From assembly GCA_013239625.1 (NCBI GenBank), contig MU056000.1, positions 10,179,175 through 10,243,174 of the forward strand: a DNA stretch of 64,000 nucleotides. The letters run 5' to 3'. Position numbers and translations under genes: made by a program. The stretch comes from Lama guanicoe. Taxonomy: Eukaryota. Below the pieces are notes generated by a model. That model searched no databases and was not told the origin of the DNA. It saw only the letters and a program-made list of their open reading frames with translations. Position 1 is the stretch's first letter, and each line of letters begins with the position of its first letter. Positions 1 through 12,960 of the stretch are shown here, one piece after another.

Positions 1-212
1 GTTATGTGTGGCTTAGTGTGAGGGAGAAGGGCCAGAAAGCTTGGCTGTGGAGGTCAGATACTGCCCTGGAGAGAGGCAGATGAGGAAGATGTCCTGGATC
101 CCAGATTGTATAGAGTAGACATCAGTGCAAAGTTTGAAAAACATACCCGTCTTTTCCCTTTCAAGAATTAAACTCAGTTTGGTTGGTAGCAAAGAGAGTG
201 CTTAGAATGCAT

Positions 213-290
213 TGGAGGGGAGGAGAGGGGACAGTGTGGAGGAGAGACAGGGAGGGGGAGAGAGAGAGAGAGAGAAGGGGTGGGAGGTGG
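213..290 (+). repeat. Polypurine GA-rich low-complexity tract including (GA)n
   Basis: ggaggggaggagagggg...gggagggggagagagagagagagagaaggggtgggagg. Confidence 0.8.
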
Positions 291-632
291 TTGTTGAAGG
301 TGAAGGAAGCACGGAGATGTGCAAACTTTTTTTCTCTCCAAATATAAAACTGAAGAAAAGAGGGAGCGCGTTGGAAGAGAGAGATGAGGCCTGTTGTGAC
401 ATCTTCCACGTGGTGCACAAAGCTCAGACCTTCAGAGTCCTGGGGGTGATGTTGCCGCCCCGTCTCAGCTGAAAGCCGGGCTCTGGCCCCCTGCCTGGGG
501 CCCCCGGACGAGCAGGCGGTGGGGGTGCAGCTTTGCGCACGTGGGTGGGTGACGACTTTGGCCCCCCCCGCAGTGTGTCCAGTCCTGTCTCCTCTTGTTT
601 GTGTCTGAGCCATTCCACATGCTTGTTTCCAG

Positions 633-747
633 GTGGCAGAGATAAACGCGGAGGTCCCATCCTAACGTTCCCGGCCCGCAGCAACCATGACAGAATACGA
701 CAGGAGGACCTGCGGAGGCTCATTTCCTATCTCGCCTGTATCCCCAG
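633..747 (+). CDS. TRIO: TRIO coding exon (~exon 3), Sec14/CRAL-TRIO domain
   Basis: ttccag|GTGGC...CCCAG|gtgagt, 115 nt; encodes (G)GRDKRGGPILTFPARSNHDRIRQEDLRRLISYLACIP(S). RRLISYLACIPS matches TRIO rather than the KALRN paralog (RKLVTYLASVPS, recalled). Confidence 0.97.
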
Positions 748-3700
748 GTGAGTCCTGCGTGCGTGTGGCTCGTCACCGCTCCCACTGTTCCGAGAGGTGC
801 GTGCTCCGTTCTATGGAAAACTACTCAACAGTAGCCTGAATTCCAAGTGGACAAAGTAGTGTAACATGAAAACCATGATCTTCCTCCTTATTTCCCTTTT
901 GTGACCATCCTGTGGGTGCAGGGGTGAGAAGGTACGTGCTGTGAGTGAAGGACTTTGTGTGGTGACGGTGGGGTTGGGGTGCCCAGTGGGCTGGGATGTT
1001 AGGATGTGGTGCCTGAGGTGGAAGTAAAGCAAGAGTTGGTGGAGGGTTCTGATACCACGACCCAGTCAAAGGGAAGGTCAGAAGTGGGGCTCAGTTCCCA
1101 GTGGTGGATTTGTTTCTGTCTCCATGCTGAGCTACGGTTCTTTAAAAGTATTCTCTTGGTTTATAGCATGAACTGTGTGGGGCATTAAAAATCCTTGCCA
1201 GCTAATATGCCAAGACACCGAGTTTGAGAACCTTCATTCAATCGGAGACCCTACTCACACCAGCCAGGGAGACTTTTTAGTGTTGATGCTGGAGCACTGG
1301 GAATAGGCAAAGCTTTCTTTCCCAGAGCGCCCCGAAGTGAGGAGCAGGTAATAGGAACTGGCCTGGTAATAGGAACTTAGAATCTTTGCTTCTGCTCTAG
1401 AAATGTATTTTGCAGGTTTGACTTATGCAGCTAGTGGACAGCTGGTGGAGGAACCACCCCCCATTAATTATTAAGATTATTTTTTGGCGAATAGAATATT
1501 GCTCCACATAATCCAAGAATAGAGCCAGCCTGGAATAAGAGATTGCTGTGTGCTGGGGGCTGGAGGGTGGAAAAGGTCATCCTCACTCTAGAAAGGCGTG
1601 CATGAGTGACGTGGGAGGGTGACAAGGGAGTTCCTTGGAGACTGAATGAGGATGTGTAGAAGGAAACTCGGTCATAATACAGGCCACAGAGTAACTGTGA
1701 GCAGTATGTTGTGCAAGAGATAATAGAAGGTGGTCAGCAGCAGCATAATGGATCCTAAAGATTGAGGCAGATGTCACCGATCCCCCACAGCACATGGTTG
1801 GTGGCACCCCTGACACCAGCCAGGGAACAGTGTTGCCCTTTGGTGACCCCTCCCGGCCGTGACGGATGAAAGTCAGCTTTGGCATGGATGGTCTGACCTT
1901 CAGAGGAAGTGCTTGGGTTTTTCTGTTGGGTATCCTTTGTGGGAAGACTGTCACATTGTGTCATTGGTGGCAGAGCAATGGGCCTCTGCTTGGAAAAGTT
2001 TCCCATTTCCTCTTACTCTGGTATTTTCTTGGACTTGAACTATGAAATCATAGAGGTGGAAAGAGTTTTAGAGGTTCTTTGCTACTCACTGTCATTTATA
2101 AGAGACAAGATAGCTGGTAGCCACAGCTTACTGAGTTCTTAGTATGTACCAGGTACGATGCTGATGCTAGAAAAAGAAACAGGGAAATCCAAAGGATGGT
2201 GTAAAAAGTAAATAAATCTCTGCCAACCAAAATGGTGCTTGTCATATAGTTTAATGAAAAACAAGTCGAATTTCATCTGGGTAATCTTTTCAAAAACATT
2301 TAGTTGGAATTCTGTATGTAACTTTGGCAACTTGCCTTTTGGTTTGGAAATCCGTATTGATTGTTAATATAAAAAAATTACTTGCCCTTTCATTGATATT
2401 ATTTAAAAAAATGGGCTCAGATGTATTTTGAATCATCTGGATGGCCCACTTGAGAAACACACAACTTTGTCATGGGAAGTGTGGGTGTACTCAGAGCTGT
2501 GAGGCTCCGGGGACCACACACCCACGTGCCGGTCATCCAGCTCCAGTGATGATCCCATTTTGCCAACCTGGTCTACTTTTCTCCAGAAATTATAGCAAAT
2601 CCCAAACATCCCATCATGTCTCTCATAAATACTTCAGTGTGTAGGGTGACGCTCCAGCTGCTGAGCACACCACTTCATTTCATTGCCTGGATTGACTTCT
2701 GTGTTTACAATTTCAAGTGACCGGAAGTGCCATTTTCTCTTCCCTGGTTAATGAGCAAATGAGAGAGGGGGGATTAATATGTAAACAATGCAGCTGCCAC
2801 GTGATATTGGAGGAAGATTTCACAGTGGTCCAAATAGAAGTGGCAGCAAAAAGAGTCCTCCCGGGTCCACCCAGGTCCTGCAGGGACTGACAGAGCCTGG
2901 CCGCCTCCTGGGAGCGCAGAGGTGGGAGCAGTCTGGTTTTAGCCAAACAGTGGGATCAGTTAACAGCACCAGCAGATCAGTGGTGTGAACATGGGGGGAC
3001 TTACTTTCTGAGTCTGATTATTTATTGTTAGAGTTTCAGAGTGATGTGAACAGTCCTGGCGGGGAGGGTGGGCTGTGGGACCCCTTTCCCCGTCCCCTAC
3101 TCCTGACGTTTTCTGTGACGAGAAGGTGGCTCTCGGGCTGTCCCTCAGCCAGGCAGCCGCAGGGCTGCACGTTCCTGGATGTGAAGTGTGCAGCCGGGCA
3201 GGTGTTGGGGGGCAGAGTCAGACGGGCCGACCTGGGTACTTCATTTTATGACTTTTCTGATCTTCGAACTGTGCTAGTAATGTGTACGTCTCGGCTCATT
3301 GTGTTAAGGAAGACGATTTATGCTCACGCCCAGCACAGCGTCTGACTCACAGCAGCTGCCACAAAAGTTGCGCGGTCATGTCCCTCGTTCCCGCTCACTC
3401 CTAGCTTTCCTTCAGCTGTTGTCCTGTTGCCATGTGTCCTCGAGCCAGGTCGTCGTGTCTGTTTTCTTCTGTGTGGCCTCCTGATTGCCTCTTAACATGT
3501 GGCCCTCCAGGTTAGACTTTAGTGTGATGGGCGCAGTGGTGACCAGTGTGAGTATTGTTATTTGGGCCACTTTCCTTTCCCCTCTCTCTTCCTTTGAAAG
3601 AAAACAATTTGAGTAATAGACTGATTTTCATACGATTCACGTGCAGGGAAACTTCCCACTAAATGTGTGTCCGGAAAGTCACAGCAGCACTTCTCGCTGG

Positions 3701-4650
3701 TCTAATTGGGATTCCTGCACAGAGATGACAATCACATTAGTCGTGGTACCTCTCTAGGTGTTGATTGCTCTTATTGCTCGAATGATACGAATTATCTCGT
3801 AGAACATTCTGTCTTCTTTAGAAAGTTTTGTAGTAGCTAGATGGATGAACCGCTGACTCTCCTTTGTCAGATGAAATATGTGAACCTTTGAATTGATTCA
3901 TTCATGAACTTTCATATTAAAAGTTACTTTCTTCATTGAGGAACCGGGGAAAGGAGAGTTTATTGTTTTTAGGGACCTGTATGGAAAAAAGACCTTAGTT
4001 TTATATAATTAAAAAAAATTAACAGCTAAAATGAAGCTCTTGGATAGAACTGCTAACATACCCAGTTAGTACGTCACACTTGGCCAGTGAGCACTGTCTT
4101 GAAGGAGGTGGCAGGGCTCTGAGCTTCTGCTGGCAGCCATATGTTCATCAAAAAAGATGAACTGGATTTGGGAATGTTTGCAAATCACTGCTTTCTTAAT
4201 GATGCCTGGCTTTTAACTGGATAAAGACAGGCGGGTTGAAAGGACGTGCACTCCCATCCCAGCTGGTGTGCTGTTTGTGTTACTTGGAGGTCACTGGGTG
4301 GTAAAAATTGGATCCTGGAGGCAGGTGAAGAGTTAATCTTTCTGTAAACGGTGCAAGCTCCGGGCACTGTGTGCTTGTGTCTTTCCCCACCTTGTTCCTC
4401 CTGTTAAGCCTGGAGTTACCCAGGGTTCCTTTTAAGCCCCTGTCCAGTGGAGGGGCTTTGCAGTTTTATGCATACACTGTGCAGGGCTGTGTGAGGAGAA
4501 AGACAGGCCTGGAGAATTTCCCTTGATATGATGAAGACCTGTGCAGTCTCCCAGACAGCAACCAGTGCAGCCCGTTGCTGCGGTTTGACAGTCTCCTGCC
4601 TGGTGGGTAGCAGCCGAATGCGCCGGTCTGGAGCAGAATGTCTCGGCTGG

Positions 4651-5085
4651 CATAAAAAAGAATGAAATCATGCCATTTGCAGCAACATGGGTGCACCTGG
4701 AGGTTGTCATACTAAGGGAAGTAAGTCAGACAGAGAAAGACAAATACATGGTATCACTTATATGTGGAATCTTAAAAAAAAAAGACACAAATGAACTTAT
4801 TTACACAACAGAAACAGACTCACGGACAGAAAACTGACTTATAATTACCAAAGGGGAAAGGAGGGGGGATAAATTAGGAATTTGGGATTAGCAGATAATA
4901 AACTACTATGTACAGAATAGATAAACAATAAGGTCCTACTGTATAGCACAGGGAGCTATATTCAATAGCTTGTAATAAACTGTAATTAAAAAGAATATAT
5001 ACATACATATAACTGAATCACTACGCTGTACACCAGAGACTCACACAGCATTGTAAATTAACTATATTTCAACTGAAAAAAAAAA
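4651..5085 (+). mobile_element. 5'-truncated LINE-1 3' end (end of ORF2 plus 3'UTR, A tail)
   Basis: Typical L1 text (aaaaagaatgaaatcatgccatttgcagcaacatgg, aagtcagacagagaaagacaaatac, ctgtatagcacaggg) ending in an A run; degenerate TSD agaatgtctcggctg / agagtgccttggctg. Confidence 0.9.
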
Positions 5086-5824
5086 TGAAGAGAGAGTGCC
5101 TTGGCTGAGCAGCAGACGTCCTCCTGGTCAGGCTGGGCTAGCCCCGAGGACCTCAGCAGCCCAGAAATTTCTACTGAGTGGACTCTTGTGGGATTGTAAA
5201 CTCCACCAGAGCCTCAGGAAGTCCAGAATGCTTACTTTCAGTGACTGAGGCGATTGCAGGAAGTGTCTCTGGGAGTGCCCCAGCTGTGTCTAAGGATTTG
5301 TGAAGGAGGCCCAAGACGTTCCCTGGGTCATGGCCCAGGCCCTCCTGGAGGCAAGAGAGGCGACAGCATGAGGAGTGTGGAGCCAGGTGTAACTCTTTGT
5401 GAGTTCACATTCACGTAGGAGTGGTTAACAGAAGTGAAGCACATGGCAGCTTTCCACGTTGGAGGGAGAAGCCAGGCTGTTGGATCGTCCTGTTTTTAAC
5501 TCGGGACTTCAACACCGTGTTGTCAGGACTGCGAGCTGCCATCTACTCAGGTTCTGTCCTCACAGACTTTTTTGGAATATTTTTGTGACATGCCTCCTAC
5601 ACTGGTGTAATTCTTATAGGAACTTGGAACGTCAGTTACTGTGATGATATATGTATGAATCAAGATAAGGAAAAGAATGGTGTGTGTGCAGTGTGGGATT
5701 GGAGAGGGCGGAGGAGCAAGCTCATGCAAGAGAGCGTGAAATTGCTTTTAATTTTGGCTAAAATTTAGGGGAGACTTATTTTTTTTCGTGTCTACAAGGA
5801 CTCATTTGAAATTTTTTTTAATGA

Positions 5825-7092
5825 GAAATTTTGGAAGTGTAATTGATTTACAATGTTGTGTTAGTTTTAGATGTACAGCAAAGTGATTCAGATATATATA
5901 TATATATATATTTTCAGATTATTTTCCATTGTAGGTTATTACACAATATTGAATGTAACTCATGTGCTATACAGTAAATCCTTGTTGCTTATCAATTTTA
6001 TTTATAGTAATGTGTATCTGTTAATCTCAGACTCCTAATAGATCCCTCCCCACCTTTTCCCTTTTGTAACCAGAAGTTAGTTTTCTATGTCTGAGTCTGT
6101 TTCTGATTTTGTATATAGATTCATTTGTATTACTTTTTAGATTCCACATGTAAGTTGATATCCTATGACGTTTGTCTTTCTCTGACTTACTCCACTTAGT
6201 ATGATATTCTCTAGGTCCATCCATGTTGCTGCAAACAGTGATATTTCTTTATTTTTACAGCTGAGTAATATTCCATTGTGTATATATATCACATCTTTTT
6301 AACCCAGTTGTTTGCTGATGGGCACTTGGGCTGTCTCCATGTCTGGGCTATTGTTGTAAACAGTGCTGCTGTGAACATTGGGGAGCAGGTATCTTTTCAA
6401 ATTAGAATTTTCATTTTCTCCAGATACATGCTTAGGAATGGGATTGCTGGATCATATGGTAGCTGTATTTTTAGTTTGTTTAAAGGAACTTCCATACTGT
6501 TCTTCATAGTGACTACTCCAATTTGCATTCCTACCGACAGTGTAAGAGGGTTCCCTCTCCACACCCTCTCCGGCATTGATTATTTGTGAACTTTCTGATG
6601 GTGGCCATTCTGACCGGTTCGAGGTGGTAGCTCACTCGGTGTGGTTTTGATTTGCTTTCCTCTAATAATGAGCGGGGTTGGGCATCTTTTCACATGCCTG
6701 TTGGCCATCTGTGTATCTTCTTGGGAGAGATGTCTGTTTAATTTTTTTAATTGGATTTTTTTTATTGAGTTGTATGAGCTGTTTGTGTATTTTGGATGTT
6801 CGCCCCTTGTTGGTCTCATCATTTGCAAATATTTTCTCCCATTCCATCGGTGGGCTTTTTGTTTCATTTATGGTTTTCTTTGTTGTGCAAAAGCTTGTAA
6901 GTTTAATTAGGTCCCACTTGTTTATTTTTGCTTTTGTTTCTTTTGTCTTGGGAGACTGAACTAAGAAAATATTACTACAATTTGTGTCGGAAGATGTTCT
7001 GCCTGTGTTCTCTTCTAGGAGTTTTATGGTGTCATGTCTTACATTTAGGTCTTTAAACCATTTTGAGTTTATTTTTGTGTATGGTGTGAGGG
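5825..7092 (-). mobile_element. LINE-1 fragment (3' ORF2 plus 3'UTR), antisense
   Basis: Minus-strand ORFs resemble the ORF2 C-terminus ([35 protein letters not shown]); L1 3'UTR with an (AT)n tract near 5891-5911. Confidence 0.92.
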
Positions 7093-8111
7093 AAGACTGT
7101 GGATTTTTAACCCATGTTTATGGGCACTTTTACTCTCGGTTTTTCTTTATCGCAGAAGTACTTTATATATATTTCCTGTGGACTTGGAGGTTGAGATTTT
7201 ATAAAGTTAATTATTTTTATTTCTCCATCAAGAACATTCTTAAGAGAAACCGGCTCTTTTGTTTGTTTCGACAGCTAGAATGTGGAGAGGAAGAATACAG
7301 TGACCCCTAGCACTGCCTTGGCCAGTGCTAAGGGCCAACAGTGTCCACCATGGCCTCTGCACCCTCAGTGCAACTGGCTGAAAAAGGCAAATAAGTCTCA
7401 GTGTTACTGTGAAGATAGACTTACCCCCAGACCCCGCCGGCAGAGTGCCAAGGCGCTCCATGGGCCGGTGCACCACATTGGAGAGTCCCTGAGATAGCTC
7501 AGGAGCTGGGACTGTTAGTCTAAGGGAATAAAACGGGACATTCAGAAGCTCCCACTCTCGCCAGCAGGCCGGTGGGGGTGGATTCGGCTTGTGATTCTGG
7601 AGTCCCAGTGACTGCCCCTCTCCTTTCCCTGGGCTCTGTGGGGGCCGTTGGGGTCTCTCCCCATTTAGTGCTCACCAAAGATGTTTGTCCTAATAGTTAT
7701 TAGACAGTGTGTGTGACCAGTTAATGCACAAAAGACCAGAGAAATGAACAAGGATGGTCATTGCTTTTCTCTAAAGAGAAGATGAAGATGTAAAATCGTA
7801 GCCGCAGAAAAAAGTTAAAGGTTTTCGAGGTTGAACCTTGTGCATGTATAGTCAGTCTATCCTGTCAAGGTACTGGGGAGAGTGAGAAAGAGTTCCATTT
7901 TTTGATGAGACCTGAGCTCTTCCTGTAATGATTCTGCGTCCTCCAGCTCCTTCTGCACGAGTGCCCATCAGCCACGCAGTGGATGGAGGGAGGGAGGTCC
8001 CCAGGGACAGCAGGATGATGGAAGCAGAGTCAGCCTCGCCCAGCAGGACTCCAACCATAAAAAAATGGCAAGAGATTGCATGGTTCAAACCTGTTTTTCC
8101 TTTTTCTCTAG

Positions 8112-8304
8112 TGAAGAAGTGTGCAAGCGAGGATTCACGGTGATTGTGGACATGCGTGGGTCCAAGTGGGACTCCATCAAGCCTCTGCTGAAGATTTTAC
8201 AAGAGTCCTTCCCCTGCTGCATTCACGTTGCACTGATAATCAAGCCAGACAACTTTTGGCAGAAACAGAGGACTAATTTTGGCAGTTCTAAATTTGAATT
8301 TGAG
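8112..8304 (+). CDS. TRIO: TRIO coding exon (~exon 4), Sec14 domain
   Basis: tctctag|TGAAGAA...TTTGAG|gtaact, 193 nt; EEVCKRGFTVIVDMRGSKWDSIKPLLKILQESFPCCIHVALIIKPDNFWQKQRTNFGSSKFEFE; phase joins the previous exon (AG+T = Ser). Confidence 0.97.
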
Positions 8305-10553
8305 GTAACTTTCCTGGGTAGGCAGACCAACTAAACCAGTAGGTGTGCCTTATTAAATGTTGACCCTGTTCTCATCATTTTGGGCTGTAATAGATTTTTA
8401 AAAACCACGTACTCAGCAGGAACTGCCCAGCTTCCGTACATACAACACGTCAAATTAGTTGTGCAAACTAACAGAGTTGGCTTTGCTGACTGCCTTCTCC
8501 CTGTGGGTGTTTTGCCCACGGTGGGTTTTGGTTCCAGCTCTATCTCTGGGAGGTGGGGCTGCTGAGGTATAAGGCACGCGTCTTAGGGAGAGAAGTCTGT
8601 TGCCTGTCACTTCGCGTGATAGAATAGCGCATGTGGCTTTACGTGGCTTCAGAGTCATCGCGGTTACCTCAGCCTTGGAAGTAAGGGAGTGTTAGGGAGA
8701 AATGCCCCACTTCAGACTTCCTGAGGAAGATGTGTGGAAGAGAGTGACTTTTCATCCTGTCCTTGATACTGGCGAGGATGAGCTGCCATGCGTTTCACGG
8801 CTCAGATCTCTCATTCATGACAAGGGAGAACTTGCTGTAAAACCTCTGCAGAGTCCTGGATTCAGTTGACACACAAGGTTGCTGTCTTTCAGATAGTGTA
8901 TAAAACGACCCTCAGCCCACTGACTTCCTCTCCTTTCCGCTAGAACCTCCCGTCCTCCTGCTCCCAGGGTTCTGACAAGGCTTGATGCAGTTAGTTTCAG
9001 GAGCTGATTAAGGGAAGAAAGTCCTCTGGCCAGCTGGAAACTTGATTCATGCCATATTCTGTAATAACATTTACATATTTTCTAATAATGACTTACAATA
9101 ATTTTTAGTTGAATAGATTGCTTCTTCTAGTCACTTTGCCCAAATACTAGGTTTCAGCGAATGTAGTCATGTATTTGAAGGTAAAGAATAATAATAGTAT
9201 TAAACATGTCACACAGTAGTAAAATTTCTTAAACTTTATGTTACACGTTACACTTTTCAAAGTCTTTTCACAAGTATATTACTTGCATTTTAAAGTCTTG
9301 TTCCATGGTACTGATTTTCAACCTGAAATCTGAATTTAGTTTGAATTTGAATTTGAAACGACACGTGAGGTTTAGGTGAAAGGTGAAACCAATAAGCCTT
9401 AACTGTATACACAATAAGAAGTGATTTTGAAGGACGGTTTATTGGGGGTTAGCTATTTTCTTGTTGCAGAATATGAAGTGTGTTGATTCAATTACACGTT
9501 TAATTACATATTGTAAGCAGAAGTAATGGTTTGGTGACCTAATGTATGCGTTTTTGCTAGTTTTTTGCTAGTCTGATTGTGCTCTCCCTCTGAGCCTTAA
9601 AGCCACCTGCACTGGGGTTTCTGTTGAACTTGTCTCTACATCATTACCAGCTTCTCTCTGTGAGGCGGTTGCCTCACTGGACATTACGAAAATCTGGGCA
9701 CATGAGGCAGGAATGAACCTGCAGTCACATTTTAGGCAGAAGTGCTGACTAGGAACAGCCCCTCTTTCTAGCTCTGCTGCCTTTTGCCGTTTCTTATGCC
9801 AGACAGCACAGAGATGCAGTTCTGGGTTTCTGTAAGGCTGGAGGTAACAGAAGTGGGGCCAGACCAGCCTTTCTGCGGTTTTTCTTTTAGTTCTAGGCCA
9901 CACATCTTTCCCCTTTACCTCTGTCTTCATATTTAACACCACCCCCTTCTGTTTCCCTTGAGTCCTAAGAGTAATACTAGCCCTGCATCACCTTCTGGTA
10001 GGATGAGATTAGGATTTCTTGCTTAGGCTGTCGCTGCAGAACTTTGTCGCTGTCAGGTTGGGATGCAGTGCAGACGCTGCAGGGCACGCGTGCTGCTCAG
10101 AATCGCTGTAGGTTACTGCAGTGGATGCAACCTCCCCCTCTCCAACTTTGTGAAAAGAGCTTCTGCCAGCTTTCTTGCTAACCCTAGTGTATTTTCTAAA
10201 TTTTTAAAAAGCCATTCATATTCTAATGTGCCTACAACAGTGGGTTAATTTCCACATTCTTGGAAAGAAAACCAAGTTCTTTAGCTCTCATTAAATGCAC
10301 ATGGGTCTATAATCTCAGTTACTGCAACTAGCATACGCGTGTTGCTCTAAGGAATTTATCCTTCCCTGACTGCACTAATGCTTCTTTCACTTACATTTGT
10401 TTTTATGGGGCCAGAGCAAGATGTGTTATGTTTTTTATAAATGGATTTTAAGTTATAAGTTTGAAGATCTGTGCTTAAGCTTTGCAGACTGCATTATCAT
10501 AAGATTGTTTAAAATTGGTTCATCTTCTCATACGTGATTTTTTTTCCCTTAAG

Positions 10554-11066
10554 ACAAATATGGTCTCTTTAGAAGGCCTTACCAAAGTAGTTGATCCTTC
10601 TCAGCTCACTCCCGAGTTTGATGGCTGCCTGGAATACAACCATGAAGAATGGATCGAAATCAGAGTTGCTTTTGAAGACTACATTAGCAATGCAACCCAC
10701 ATGCTCTCTCGACTGGAGGAACTTCAGGACATCCTCGCTAAGAAGGAGCTGCCTCAGGATTTGGAGGGGGCTCGGAATATGATCGAGGAACATTCCCAGC
10801 TGAAGAAGAAGGTGATCAAGGCCCCCATTGAGGACTTGGATTTAGAGGGACAGAAGCTGCTGCAGAGGATTCAGAGCAGTGACAGCTTTCCCAAAAAGAA
10901 CTCGGGGTCGGGCAATGCAGACCTGCAGAGCCTCTTGCCCAAGGTGTCCGCCATGCTGGACAGGCTGCACTCGACGCGCCAGCACCTGCATCAGATGTGG
11001 CATGTGAGGAAGCTGAAGCTTGACCAGTGCTTTCAGCTCAGGCTGTTCGAACAGGATGCTGAGAAG
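10554..11066 (+). CDS. TRIO: TRIO coding exon (~exon 5), end of Sec14 and first spectrin repeat
   Basis: cccttaag|ACAAAT...GAGAAG|gtaaaa, 513 nt, phase 0-0; TNMVSLEGLTKVVDPSQLTPEFDG...LDQCFQLRLFEQDAEK. Confidence 0.97.
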
Positions 11067-11504
11067 GTAAAACATGGGGGAGGGCTGCCAAGAGGAGACA
11101 GGGGAGGGAGTCTTCCTGGATCACAGGGTCCCAGCACCAAGGCTGGTTGGGTCCAGAGAGAGGACAGAGAAACAGGACTGGGGGAGGGCGAGCTTCTCCC
11201 CTGGCACTGGCTAGAGACCAGCAGTGTCGGCTCAGAGGTCTCCCCTCTGTCTGCTTTCCGGTTTTACTCACTGTGCAGTGCAGTGATCTTCTGGAAACTT
11301 CGAGTTATTAATTACTGATAGTTTGGTTGAGAATGCCTGTGAGATAGATGAGAATGATACCTTCAGTTAAAAGAATGAAAATTCTGTAAGAGATAGTATT
11401 GAAAGTGACGATTATGTATGTTAGTATTTTTCTGATAACTGCTCTTTAACTCATAAAAACTGGTGAGAAAACACTGTTTAGATCTTTTATTGAGTACGTT
11501 TTTA

Positions 11505-11662
11505 TCTATTTATTTGTTTATTTATTTTTAGTTTTTTTTTGTGGGGGGAGGAAATTAAGTTTATTTATTTATTTATACTTTTTAAGGGAGGTATTGGGGA
11601 TTGAACCCAGGACCTCATGCATGCAAGGCACATGCTCTACCACTGAGCTATACCCTACCCCC
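11505..11662 (-). mobile_element. tRNA-derived SINE, Vic-1-like (camelid)
   Basis: Reverse complement reads ggggtagggtatagctcagtggtagagcatgtgccttgcatgcatgaggtcctgggttcaatcccc (A and B boxes), followed by an (AAAT)n tail. TSD ttgagtacgttttta (11490-11504) / ttgagtctgttttta (11663-11677). Family name from memory. Confidence 0.85.
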
Positions 11663-12056
11663 TTGAGTCTGTTTTTAAAATAAAAGCTGAATAATGCATT
11701 AAAAAGAATAGCTTTTGGAAAATACAGGCAGTGATTACTCGTGGTTTCATGTTTGTGCTCCAGACAAACCAACTGATCGGAGTGAATCTTGTGAGTTACT
11801 GGCTGCGTCTCAGCAGGTGTGGGAGCAGGCGCTTGCTAGAGGAGGGTGTTGCAAGCCATGCACCTGGGCGAATTCATCCCTCTTAACTTGAGCTCACTGA
11901 ATTTTTTTCATGGACAGGAAAATATTTTGTAGAATAAAGTTAAAAAAAACTACATTAAAAATCTTTGATACAGAAGGACCTTTTGAAAGGTGACAGTTCA
12001 GTACTGTTATTTGGTAAGCTTTTAACCTCTCTGTCAGTGTATTTATGTTCAAAGTG

Positions 12057-12383
12057 CAGGTGATCCTTGAACCACGTGGGTTGGGGCGCTGACACTCGCG
12101 TGTACTGGTAGGAAATCCTGGTACTGCTTGCTGTCTCTGCCTCAGAAACCAAGGAGCTGATAAATGGCTCACCCAAGGGCAGGAAGCTGAAATAGAGTCA
12201 GGACTCCAACCCTAGTTCTTCTGATTTCTGTATGTTGTGATCTCTAGTTGAACACAACTTTTCCTCACACTTAGTTAATTTAAAGATGTGTAAAATGAAA
12301 ATGTGGGTAATAAATTTATTGAAAAACATCTGCATTTAAGTGGACCCATGCAGTTCAAACCAGTGTTGTTCAAGGTTCAGGTG
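12057..12383 (-). mobile_element. Tigger2-like TcMar non-autonomous DNA transposon
   Basis: Terminal inverted repeats caggtgatccttgaac... / ...gttcaaggttcaggtg followed by TA; ends homologous to the element at 63319-63580. Confidence 0.75.
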
Positions 12384-12804
12384 TAGTGGCTTGTCAGAGA
12401 CACTGGGAAGTCTTCCTTTCAGCTGCCAGACAAGCAGGTGACTGTCTCTGGGATTCTGGTTCACATCATGGTAACAGTGCTAATTGGTTGTCATTTCTTT
12501 TTCCTTAAATATCTTCCTGGAACGGTGTAGTTAGCATCCTTTTCCAGGGAGCATCTGTATTGACTCTTAAGAGAGATGTCATTGTTAAATTTTTACCCAA
12601 TTCTTTTTACTTTTACGATAAATTTTATTATTTGCATGTGCACTTTTTTTTTAAATACTTCTTGCACTAAAGAGTGTAATCTTTTAGTGATTAGAATTGT
12701 TGGCAATAATCTTTGGGCAAAGCAGAACCCATCCAGTGAGACCTGTAAGTCCCTTATTTCACCTCACGGGTCTTTAATTGAAGAGCAGTGTGGCCAATTC
12801 GGTA

Positions 12805-12960
12805 GTTCAGTATAGCAGAGAGGCCAGGCTGAGAGTCAGAAGATTAGAGTTTTAATTAGCCTGCAGGGTTTGAATACCTCTCTTTACGTATCTGCTCCTT
12901 AGTTCCTCATCTGTCAAAGGAGCACATTAGATGAGATTTTCTTGTGGATCCTGTAAGTTC
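12805..12960 (+). mobile_element. MIR-like SINE remnant
   Basis: gagtcagaagattagagttt...ccttagttcctcatctgtcaaagg resembles the MIR core. Confidence 0.5.

Noticed and set aside
1347..1377. 13-bp direct repeat ggtaataggaact
   Set aside because: Two copies 5 bp apart; a simple micro-duplication with no array structure.
6027..6867. L1 ORF2-like ORFs as active reverse transcriptase
   Set aside because: Short, frameshifted, 5'-truncated fragments.
10515..11318. 267-aa ORF as a standalone gene
   Set aside because: It is the 513-nt TRIO exon plus intronic read-through; canonical splice sites bound the conserved part and the listed start is TTG.
11590..11662. Functional tRNA gene
   Set aside because: It has a SINE tail and TSD, so it is a tRNA-derived SINE head.
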